NCBI GenBank assembly: GCA_027053075.1
Contig: JALUEE010000044.1
Span: 1 to 46,439 of the forward strand
From: a candidate division WOR-3 bacterium
GTDB taxonomy: Bacteria; Hydrothermota; Hydrothermia; B15-G9; WFZT01
Direction of reading: 5' to 3'
Length of the DNA: 46,439 bases
This document shows, piece after piece, positions 38,398-46,439 of this stretch (positions within the stretch are counted from its first letter, which is position 1; each line of letters begins with the position of its first letter). The notes below the pieces were generated by a model. The model did not search any database. It was not told the DNA's origin and saw nothing but the letters and a program-made list of their open reading frames with translations. The translations under genes and the position numbers were made by a program.

Positions 38398-39378
38398 CTA
38401 CTTCTTCCTCATCTCCGCAAGCTGCTTCTGAATCTCATCAAGGAGTTTACCAAACTTCTTGCCATACTTCTTGTAAACGGGTTTCACAGCCTCTCTGAAT
38501 GAAGCAAGGTCAGGATGCTCTTCAACGATCATGCCCTTTGATTTAATGAATGCAAGCTGCTTGGCTTCGTTATCATTATCCCATTTTCTCACGTAATCTC
38601 TTGCCTCTTTTGCAGCCTCTTCGAAAATTTTCTGATCCTCGGGTGAAAGTGAATCCCAGGTTTTCTTACTCATGATGATAACCGCAGGCGCATAAGTGTG
38701 TCTGTCGAGTGTCATGTACTTCTGCACTTCGTAAAGTTTGAACGCATAAATCACCACTACAGGGTTTTCCTGTCCATCAATTGTATGCTGCTGCAGAGCA
38801 GTAAGACATTCGGTCCATGCCATTGGCACAGGATTTGCACCTAAAGCTTTAAAAGTTGCCACGTAAAGTGGATTTTCCATTACCCTTATCTTCAATCCTT
38901 TAACATCTGATGCCTTCTTTATAGGACGGACGTTGTTTGTTATGTTTCTGAATCCTCTTTCCACAAATGCGAGTCCATGGAGCTTGACCTTGTCAAGGTC
39001 TTTTAAGACCTTCTGCCCCACAGGGCCATCGAGAACTGCATAGGCTTCCTGTGGCGTGGCAAAGAGGAAGGGCATCTCAAATACAGCAATTTCCGGCAGG
39101 AAATTGGCGATAGGACCGTCAGTTATGACGCCCATGTCAATGGTTCCAAGCTGCATTCCTTCAAGCAGGGTTCTCTCATCGCCGAGTTCAGCATTCGGAT
39201 GGATTTCTATTTTTATTCTTCCGTGTGTTTTATCTTCTACTACCTCTTTGAACTTCATAGCGGCCACGTGGAATGAATCCTTGGTGTTAACCACGTGCGC
39301 CAGCTTTAAGACTCTTGTTTTTGCTGTTACCATGCCCACAAGGGCGAGGGCAACGAGCACACTACCCAACTTCTTCAT
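38398..39378 (-). CDS. TRAP substrate-binding protein (DctP family)
   Basis: Signal peptide, LG.ER, GFRN, GLKIRV, DGQENP. Confidence 0.95.
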   Translation of the reverse strand: MKKLGSVLVALALVGMVTAKTRVLKLAHVVNTKDSFHVAAMKFKEVVEDKTHGRIKIEIHPNAELGDERTLLEGMQLGTIDMGVITDGPIANFLPEIAVFEMPFLFATPQEAYAVLDGPVGQKVLKDLDKVKLHGLAFVERGFRNITNNVRPIKKASDVKGLKIRVMENPLYVATFKALGANPVPMAWTECLTALQQHTIDGQENPVVVIYAFKLYEVQKYMTLDRHTYAPAVIIMSKKTWDSLSPEDQKIFEEAAKEARDYVRKWDNDNEAKQLAFIKSKGMIVEEHPDLASFREAVKPVYKKYGKKFGKLLDEIQKQLAEMRKK

Positions 39379-39405
39379 ATGACAGACCTCCTTTTAAAAA
39401 TTTTA

Positions 39406-41058
39406 CTAAACGATATGTACTGCACCTCTTGATGCAGATGTTACCGTTCTCCTGTACTTTCTTAAAAGCTTTGAATCTACCTCTTTCTCAATGGGCTTGA
39501 AATTCTTAAGCCTTTCCTCCAGCTCTTCATCACTTATAAGGAGCTCAAGCTTTCTCTCGGGTATATCTATTCTGATTTTGTCACCATCTTTGACGACTCC
39601 GATGGGGCCACCTGCTGCCGCTTCAGGTGAAATATGACCGATACAAGGGCCATGGGTGCCACCTGAAAACCTTCCATCGGTTATGAGGGCCACGGACTCA
39701 CCGAGTCCCATTCCGATGATTGCGGCAGTCACAGCAAGCATCTCCCGCATTCCCGGGCCACCTTTGGGGCCTTCATAACGGATTACAACAACGTCACCTG
39801 CCTTAATTTTGCCCTGCATAACCGCTTCCATAGCCTCTTCTTCACTGTTGAAAACCCTTGCTGTTCCGGTGAATTTAAACATCTTAGGGCTCACACCACT
39901 CTGCTTTACTACTGCACCTTCGGGTGCCAGATTACCGTAAAGGATGGCAAGTCCACCTTCCGGAGAATAGGGGTTGTCCATGGTTTTAATTACGTCGTCG
40001 TCATAAATTTTTGCATTTTTACCGATTTCACGGATGTCAGCGCCGGAAACGGTGGGATTTGATTCGATGAGAGGCAGGAGATTCTTTAGCACTCCAGGGA
40101 TTCCACCGGCATAGTGAAGGTCTTCCATAAGGTATTTTCCACCTGGTCTCATACTGCAGATTTTTGGGGTCTTACGGCTGATTTCGTCAAAGAGCTTGAT
40201 ATCAAAGTCCACTCCGGCCTCCTCGGCAATGGCCTTGAGGTGCAGGACTGTGTTTGTAGAGCCACCGAGGGCGTTGTCAACTCGAACAGCATTTCTGAAC
40301 GCTGCTGGTGTCATTATGTCCCGTGGCTTTATGTCTTCCTTCACAAGGGACACAATTCTTGCACCTGCCATTTTGGCGAGTCGTTTCTTTTCAGCGAGAG
40401 GAGCCGGTGATGTCCCCGTGTATGGTAGCGACATGCCGAGTGCCTCTGTAAGGCATGCCATTGTGTTTGCAGTGAACATACCCTGACAGGCACCTGACGA
40501 GGGGCATGCCCTGAGTTCCAGTTCTTTCAATTCCTCGAGTGTCAACTCACCTTTTTTGTAGCGTCCAATAGCCTCGAATGTATGTGTAACGAGGTCCAGC
40601 CGTTCTTTGCCCAATCGGCCAGCAAGCATGGGACCTGCGGTTACGATAATTGAAGGAATGTTCAGCCTTGCCGCTGCCATGAGCATTCCCGGTGTTATCT
40701 TATCGCAGGCAGTAAGGAGAACCAGTCCATCGAGGGCGTGAGCGTTGGCAACAAGCTCCACAGAGTCCGCTACGACCTCTCTCAAAGGCAGCGAGAATTT
40801 CATTCCTCTGTGTCCCATTGCGATGCCGTCGCAAATTGCGGGAACTCTTGCAATTAGTGGAGTTCCACCGGCTTCGGCAACACCTCTCTCGATAAACCGC
40901 TCAAGGTTTATCATATCGGCGTGACCTGGAACAAGGTCTGTGGCACTTGAAATGATTCCGATGAGTGGTTTTTCGATGTCAGTGGGAGACAGGCCGGTTG
41001 CATACATCAATGCCCTGGCAGGCATTTTCTCAAATGTGCGAAATACATCACTACGCAT
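39406..41058 (-). CDS. ilvD: Dihydroxy-acid dehydratase (IlvD/Edd family)
   Basis: [46 protein letters not shown]. Confidence 0.9.
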   Translation of the reverse strand: MRSDVFRTFEKMPARALMYATGLSPTDIEKPLIGIISSATDLVPGHADMINLERFIERGVAEAGGTPLIARVPAICDGIAMGHRGMKFSLPLREVVADSVELVANAHALDGLVLLTACDKITPGMLMAAARLNIPSIIVTAGPMLAGRLGKERLDLVTHTFEAIGRYKKGELTLEELKELELRACPSSGACQGMFTANTMACLTEALGMSLPYTGTSPAPLAEKKRLAKMAGARIVSLVKEDIKPRDIMTPAAFRNAVRVDNALGGSTNTVLHLKAIAEEAGVDFDIKLFDEISRKTPKICSMRPGGKYLMEDLHYAGGIPGVLKNLLPLIESNPTVSGADIREIGKNAKIYDDDVIKTMDNPYSPEGGLAILYGNLAPEGAVVKQSGVSPKMFKFTGTARVFNSEEEAMEAVMQGKIKAGDVVVIRYEGPKGGPGMREMLAVTAAIIGMGLGESVALITDGRFSGGTHGPCIGHISPEAAAGGPIGVVKDGDKIRIDIPERKLELLISDEELEERLKNFKPIEKEVDSKLLRKYRRTVTSASRGAVHIV

Positions 41059-41199
41059 GATTAAAACCTCCGAAAAAATGGGATCGTCGGATTTTTAGGT
41101 GGTCCCCTTAGTGGATGCCTGACTCAATTTTTCAAAGATGGGTTAATTCTAAGATTTAAAATATGAATTTTCCACAACTTTGTTTGAGGCGCAAGATGC

Positions 41200-44100
41200 C
41201 TACCGGAGTAATAAGATTTTGCCCATCGGTCTTGAGGATTTCATTCCAGTTATAAAATAGATGCCGCGGGGTAGATTTTTTAAGTCAATTGTTTGTTTGT
41301 TGTGGACGGTGAGGACCTTTTTGCCTGTGATGTCATAGAGGATGTAATCCCCGGGTTCTGCCATAGTTAATCTATCGTTGAGAACGATTTTGCTCCATGT
41401 AATTTGCTTCTCACGCGGTTCAAGCACAGATGTTGCCACTGAGGAGCGGTTTAATTCCACATTATCAATGTACCAGCCCTCGTACTGAACAGAATTGTCC
41501 TCGCTGTAGAAAGTGTACTTTATGCGGATTGTGTCACCGGGATTGAATGAATCCAGCCTGTAAGTATAGGTCCTCCATGTGTAGGAAGGACCTGAAAAAG
41601 TGGCAAGATAGCGGGTAGAATCTCCTGAAATTATTGAGACCATGCAGAAATCCCATCCCGGCTGGGCTTCGTAATAGGTATCAAATCTGAGCTCCGCATG
41701 GTCGGGGACAACCATAGGAGGAGAAATGAGGGAGGCAACAAAATTGGGTGGATACCTGTGGTTTGATTCATCTCCCACATAAAGGCTGTAACTCCCGTCA
41801 CTTGCTCGATAAGTGGTTCTATGCCAGTGCCCACCCTGCACGGTCCATCCCTCAAGACCTGTCTCGAAAGAGAAGTGGTAGCCGGTGTAACCAACAGATA
41901 GCCACACGGTATCCTCTCCCACCCTGATAGGTGAAAAGAAAAGGGTATCTGCTGACGGACCTACTAATATCTGAAAGGTGATTTCAGTAGAGCTGCGGGC
42001 AGCAAGGTGCTGTATGTTAACAGTATCCATTGAGGGATCAATTCGGGGGTCCAGGCTCACAATGGGCACTTTGATATTCCACACATCTACGTCAAGAGGA
42101 TTTCTGAATCTCAACGTAAGATTTCCAAAACCACCCCGGACGAGGAACGTATAATGATAATCTGAAATCTCAACCCTGCCCTTCAATACACCGATCCTCA
42201 CTGTGTAGGTAGAATCCCCCGAGAGAATTAACGATGAAATGGTGTCTCCGTTCACGGGATAAATATTAACAGGTACGGGAATCGAAATGGAATCACCGGG
42301 GTTTAGCGATGGGACAGTTATAGAATCCACTTCCGGATAAAGAGGAAAAGTTCCACTGAGTGCTAAATTGATTAGAGGACTCTGAGACGATGAGACATTA
42401 AAAAATGTTAGCCTCAGCGTGTCCTCGTGGTTATCTGCAAATAAAAGATTTGTATGGACATACGGAAAGTTGCCACGTGAAAAGACATTGTAAGCAACGT
42501 CCAGAAAGGTATGGGCTGGATGAAAGACAGTAACATGCAGAGAATCGAATCCTGGTATTTCAAAAACTCCCCGTGCGATTCCCATTGTGTTTGTTGTAGT
42601 GGTGAAAAGGAGAGAATCGTTTTGAATAAACGAAACCCTCGCATCTTTCACAGGTCCATTTGCATCAACGATTCTAAGCTCCACGGAGTTGATCCCCTCA
42701 TAAAAATTTCCATCGTATTCAAGAGAGAGTGTAGTTGGAGGCTGGATGAATACATTCATCTCCGGGTCACCTAAATACGTCAGGTCGTATTCACTCCACC
42801 TGAAATCATTGGCTCCATCTGCGTATGGGGCAAAGAACGCCTTTGTGAGTGCAAGGGCAACACCGGAGATATTGGAGCTGTGAGCCAGATTCCTGAAGAA
42901 CTCAACATCAAACTGGTCACTCGAGCTGTAACCAGGGAATCCCGGTATGTACCAGCCGTATCTGCTGTTGCCTATGTAAAATCCACCTCCCTGTGGGGAC
43001 TTTACAAAGTGTTCCGCAATGCAATCGTGGTCTATGGCGCAGGTCCAGCACCCGAGGGAGTAAAATACACCTGTAAAATTAGGGCCATTGGTGAGAGCAT
43101 CAAAATCCTGCGGGTTAAGATAGTCGTTACCCGTCTGCAGCAGGTAGGTCGAGCCATGCCCATCGTGATTAACAATATTTGCCCCTCTGCCGAGATAGTA
43201 AATCGCAGAGGAACGTGTCAGATTACCGAATCTTTCATACAACTTCACTGGCTCAAGTTCAGCGGCGTCGCTTACCATATCCTTTGCCACACCACCATCG
43301 GTCTGGCTGTCTAAATAACTTGCCATGAAAAGGGCATTCGTAAAGTAATCGCTTCGATGGTCCCTTTCATAGGAAATAACTTTATTGACAAAATTTGTGA
43401 CCTCAGCGGGAGTGGAAACCGGTGCACGTCCCACAATCACGTCCGGAAGCATATCAATACTGTCTGCAACCTCCCCGAACACTCCATTACCATTGGCATC
43501 CCAGTTGCCATCAAGATCAGAGTAGTAAAGGTCTGCCGGTATATCATTATCTGAGGGATTGCCTGTTCCTGCATCCATGGCATAGGCAAATCTTGCAGGA
43601 ATCACGTCAGTATCACCACCTAAAAGCACATAAACTATTCCTGAGTTCCTCGCGGTCTTGATATAATTCCTGATCTTCTCCGCGTTATCACGCCCAAACT
43701 GGGAAGCATAAATGCTTTCCGTTGTAACTATTTTACCAATAATGCCCTTTTCCCTTTTCCACTCCAAAAGGGGCTCGAAATATGGAGCAAGCGAAGATGA
43801 AGTAATAATGAGATACGTGGTATCAACAGATTTCGTTATCTCTAAAGCCTCTGGATTCAAAACGGCGTACCGCAGGATTTCGAAAGCGTCAGGCGAGACT
43901 CCCGGATGGAAATTTTCCACGGGCATAATGTCAAATTTGTAGTTAAAAATTACCTCGTCTTTTGAAGGTATGTAGGTAATTGGATAGAGAACTAATTCCA
44001 CCACTTTAACACCCAGAAGATGTCGCATGCCCATGATCCTGTAAGGTTTTGCTGGAACCACGTCTGAGCCGTAGGCTCTTTTGTTTTCAGGTGTTTCTCT

Positions 44101-44358
44101 GAATACCTCCGGATGTGAAATAGGAACAGCCTTTTGAGCTGGCATTATGTGGTATTTTCCTTCCATTTCCCTTCTATAAACCTTTATTTTCACGGAATCC
44201 GCAACAACAAAGACTGTTTTAACAGGTAAAAGTGGGTATCCCGGTTCTCCATAGAGAGCACATCCATTTACATTCAAAACGGTATTACCAGATTTTGTCG
44301 TAATTTCAGGTGCATTGAATTGCACACTTATGAAGGATAGAAGCAGTAACACTATCAT
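41200..44358 (-). CDS. C25 (gingipain-like) cysteine peptidase with propeptide and T9SS-type C-terminal domain
   Basis: G.P.LP propeptide, YVLLGGD, DLYYSDLDG, VGR, HDGHG (His), SLGC (Cys), LGDP, GWYIDNV, C-terminal YDITGK...LPRGIYF. Confidence 0.9.
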   Translation of the reverse strand: MIVLLLLSFISVQFNAPEITTKSGNTVLNVNGCALYGEPGYPLLPVKTVFVVADSVKIKVYRREMEGKYHIMPAQKAVPISHPEVFRETPENKRAYGSDVVPAKPYRIMGMRHLLGVKVVELVLYPITYIPSKDEVIFNYKFDIMPVENFHPGVSPDAFEILRYAVLNPEALEITKSVDTTYLIITSSSLAPYFEPLLEWKREKGIIGKIVTTESIYASQFGRDNAEKIRNYIKTARNSGIVYVLLGGDTDVIPARFAYAMDAGTGNPSDNDIPADLYYSDLDGNWDANGNGVFGEVADSIDMLPDVIVGRAPVSTPAEVTNFVNKVISYERDHRSDYFTNALFMASYLDSQTDGGVAKDMVSDAAELEPVKLYERFGNLTRSSAIYYLGRGANIVNHDGHGSTYLLQTGNDYLNPQDFDALTNGPNFTGVFYSLGCWTCAIDHDCIAEHFVKSPQGGGFYIGNSRYGWYIPGFPGYSSSDQFDVEFFRNLAHSSNISGVALALTKAFFAPYADGANDFRWSEYDLTYLGDPEMNVFIQPPTTLSLEYDGNFYEGINSVELRIVDANGPVKDARVSFIQNDSLLFTTTTNTMGIARGVFEIPGFDSLHVTVFHPAHTFLDVAYNVFSRGNFPYVHTNLLFADNHEDTLRLTFFNVSSSQSPLINLALSGTFPLYPEVDSITVPSLNPGDSISIPVPVNIYPVNGDTISSLILSGDSTYTVRIGVLKGRVEISDYHYTFLVRGGFGNLTLRFRNPLDVDVWNIKVPIVSLDPRIDPSMDTVNIQHLAARSSTEITFQILVGPSADTLFFSPIRVGEDTVWLSVGYTGYHFSFETGLEGWTVQGGHWHRTTYRASDGSYSLYVGDESNHRYPPNFVASLISPPMVVPDHAELRFDTYYEAQPGWDFCMVSIISGDSTRYLATFSGPSYTWRTYTYRLDSFNPGDTIRIKYTFYSEDNSVQYEGWYIDNVELNRSSVATSVLEPREKQITWSKIVLNDRLTMAEPGDYILYDITGKKVLTVHNKQTIDLKNLPRGIYFITGMKSSRPMGKILLLR

Positions 44359-45992
44359 TTTATAAACCTCAAGATGTCCTTTCTCATCAGCATGCCTATG
44401 ACGTGATTGTTTTCACACACCGGAAGGGCATCCACCTCCTGGGCCTTAAAAATTTTATAGGCATCCATGAGAGACATTTCTGCACTTAGACACGGAGAAT
44501 TTAGCCTTACAAGGTCTTCTGCAACTATGAGGTGCTCGATTGCCCTGTCCAGTACAAACTGCTCAAGGTCGCGAAGGTTTATAACCCCCACAAGATTTTC
44601 ATTGTCATCAATCACAGGCAGTGTATGACAGCGGGATTTCTCGAAAATAGTGATTATTTCTTTAATCTTCATCTCTGGCTTGATTATGTTAAAGTTGCGA
44701 AGCATCAAATCGTGCACTCTCAGCTCGCCCGCCTTCCGGGACTTAACTGACACACCAATCTGCTTCAAAAACTCTGAGAAAATTTCGTCAAAGTGGAAGT
44801 CCCAGAGGGGTTTTGATTCCATTTCTACAATGCGCGATAGTTTTATTTCACCGGCCATGAGAAGTCCTTTCTTTAAGAGAATAATACCACCTATCTCGAA
44901 AACGATGGTTGATGAGAGAATGAGGTTCATGGCTTTGATACCTGCACCTCCCTTTGAGCCCAAAATAAGGGCAAATCCTATGGCAAGGCCCGCCTGTGTG
45001 AGGATTCCCATGCCCAGTGCCCGTGCTTCCCATTTGTCCGCGCCTCCACGAAGGGCCCCTTTGTAGGCACCGATATATTGGCCGGCACCTCTTGCGATAA
45101 CGTAGAGAATGACCCCCGGCAGCATGGGGATCAATAGATTGAGGTGCATACTTGCCCCTGATACGAAGAAAAAGATGATGTAAATCAGGTTATCGAAGAG
45201 TTCGAGCTCTTTCAGTATTTTCTTGTGTTTTATTGACGCATTGGACGCGATAAAGCCGATAAAAAATGCCCCCACATAGGGATTCAGGTGGAAAATTTCG
45301 AGCACCCCTATGGTGGAGAGAACAGTTCCAAGGGCAAGGATGGTCATGTTTAGCTCATTTTTAGTCTTCACCTCTATGTATGTGAGGAAAAAGCCCACCA
45401 CAATCCCGATAATTGAAGAAACAAGATACTTAAGCGTTATGATGTAAAAGTGGTAAGGTATCCCACCTGCGAGCTTTTCTTTAAAGACGATTGGCAGGAA
45501 GGCACTGAAGAGGTAGAGAACAAGCAGGTCATTTATGACGATTAGCAAAAGAAGTGCGGACGTTACAGGACCTTCTGCATCGAGCTCGTCAATCACAGCA
45601 ATGGTTGAAGCCGGTGCGATGGTTACGCCGATTAAACCGATGAAAAGGGCCACCTTTATGTCGCGGAAAAGCGGGAAAACAAAGATGGAGACGAGTACAA
45701 ATGTGAGAAAGAACTGGAAGAGTAGCACATTGAGGACAATTTTGATTGACCCCTTAAGATGCTCAATCTTCAGCTTGGTGCCAACAAGGAAGAGAATGTA
45801 AGCGAGGGCAAATGAGTTGAAAGGAGTCATAGAAACGAGGAAGTGTTCATTTACGATCTTCAAAACATAGGGGCCAAAGAGAAGTCCACCGATGAGATAA
45901 CCGAGCACTTTAGGCAGTTTAAAAGCCTGCGATATACGCGCCAGGGGTATGGAGAAAAGCAGTATAAGGCCCAGTTTAAAAATAAAGTCCAT
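44355..45992 (-). CDS. CPA2-type cation:proton antiporter with C-terminal CBS pair
   Basis: About 12 TM segments, LP.V.GY..GLLFGP, APAST..V, ND, FF..SGA, QAGLAIG; CBS motifs LPVID and LPV. Confidence 0.9.
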   Translation of the reverse strand: MDFIFKLGLILLFSIPLARISQAFKLPKVLGYLIGGLLFGPYVLKIVNEHFLVSMTPFNSFALAYILFLVGTKLKIEHLKGSIKIVLNVLLFQFFLTFVLVSIFVFPLFRDIKVALFIGLIGVTIAPASTIAVIDELDAEGPVTSALLLLIVINDLLVLYLFSAFLPIVFKEKLAGGIPYHFYIITLKYLVSSIIGIVVGFFLTYIEVKTKNELNMTILALGTVLSTIGVLEIFHLNPYVGAFFIGFIASNASIKHKKILKELELFDNLIYIIFFFVSGASMHLNLLIPMLPGVILYVIARGAGQYIGAYKGALRGGADKWEARALGMGILTQAGLAIGFALILGSKGGAGIKAMNLILSSTIVFEIGGIILLKKGLLMAGEIKLSRIVEMESKPLWDFHFDEIFSEFLKQIGVSVKSRKAGELRVHDLMLRNFNIIKPEMKIKEIITIFEKSRCHTLPVIDDNENLVGVINLRDLEQFVLDRAIEHLIVAEDLVRLNSPCLSAEMSLMDAYKIFKAQEVDALPVCENNHVIGMLMRKDILRFIK

Positions 45993-45999
45993 GATGCTT

Positions 46000-46028
46000 A
46001 TTATAATGTGACTGCCAAATCCGGTAAA
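46000..46028 (-). promoter_or_regulatory. Candidate promoter of antiporter-C25 (leaderless)
   Basis: TTTACC, 17 nt, TATAAT (46005-46000); ATG 7 nt downstream, no SD. Confidence 0.5.
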
Positions 46029-46126
46029 ATTGACGTTTGATGTTGGGAAAAGTTTTGAAGGGGATTTTCACATGTATCACTCTGTACGTTTGAAGGGAAC
46101 ACGTCCAAACCCGCCAGAAAGCTTTT

Positions 46127-46312
46127 ATCTTGTTCAAAAATCCTAAATTTAAGTTGCACCATTTTAAAGGTTCTCATAATTCCATTGATTATCTCAGATC
46201 AGTCGGTAATTTTCCCTCCTTCCCCGAGGGAGGAGGGGGTCAGGGGAGAATGGGGTAAGATTAGCAATCTCTGGCTTTAGAATGTCTAATGGAGCGATAT
46301 TCCTGAACATGT
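46127..46312 (-). mobile_element. MITE-like unit; minus-strand homologue of 31683-31857
   Basis: Reverse complement reads ATGTTCAGGAATAT...TAATCTT..CCCATTCTCCCCTGACCCC..hairpin..TTACCGACTG.TCTG.GAT...TGCAACT.AAATTTAGGATTTTTGAACAAG. Confidence 0.7.
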
Positions 46313-46439
46313 TGTCCCGTCCTGATATATGTTTACAGTACAACTCCCCACGTGGATGATTATAAAACCCTGAAAGGAGGTCACTTATATGCCTGATAAC
46401 AACAAACATTATACCGAAGCCTTCAAACTCAAGGTTATT
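46313..46439 (+). mobile_element. Left end of a probable IS3-family insertion sequence (truncated by window)
   Basis: TG-initiated end TGTCCCGTCCTGATATATGTTTACA, then AAGGAGG SD and an OrfA-like reading frame. Confidence 0.55.
46389..46439 (+). CDS. N-terminus of transposase OrfA-like HTH protein (partial)
   Basis: MPDNNKHYTEAFKLKVI resembles the (K/R).Y(S/T).EFK...V start of IS3 OrfA; strong SD; not in the ORF track. Confidence 0.55.
   Translation, partial: MPDNNKHYTEAFKLKVI

Noticed and set aside
41059..41199. T-box or attenuator before ilvD
   Set aside because: No T-box consensus, leader peptide or terminator seen; only a weak 5-bp stem overlapping the SD.
1..46439. tRNA, rRNA or prophage genes
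   Set aside because: GTTCGAA hits belong to element ends and lack cloverleaf context; no rRNA-length gaps or phage genes.

Overview
Bacterial chromosomal window, about 39 mostly housekeeping CDSs. Two secreted proteins with T9SS-style C-terminal domains and the anaerobe-type gene set suggest an FCB-related lineage such as WOR-3 (inference only). Gene blocks in order: polX-PHP; DUF4097 plus CBM9/DUF5916; a minus-strand purA-tilS-hpt-ftsH-udk-hsp20-lon-PgsA-like-LD-carboxypeptidase operon; GT4-NYN-pepA; dcd-recA-nitrilase-azlCD; Ala-Glu epimerase-argH, argJ-argD; DUF5320-like, two NifB/NifX and two ferredoxin-ATPase genes; an acyl-CoA mutase large subunit with isobutyryl-CoA mutase residues; an LVIVD-repeat protein; IlvD-TRAP; antiporter-CBS plus C25 peptidase; and the probable left end of an IS3-like element at the right edge. 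The most unusual signal is non-coding. Most large intergenic gaps hold 125-530 bp units with degenerate terminal inverted repeats (GAG-N3-4-GTTCGAAAAT ... ATTTTCGAAC-N3-5-(C/A/T)TC) and GC-rich hairpin-plus-polypurine-tail modules. Units stack in tandem with array-specific exact junction repeats (14 and 29 bp), repeatedly end 3-9 nt from a sigma70 -35 box, and show hairpin loops inverted between copies. No cognate enzyme gene is visible in the window. No rRNA, tRNA or CRISPR array was seen. All family calls are by motif recognition, not database search.
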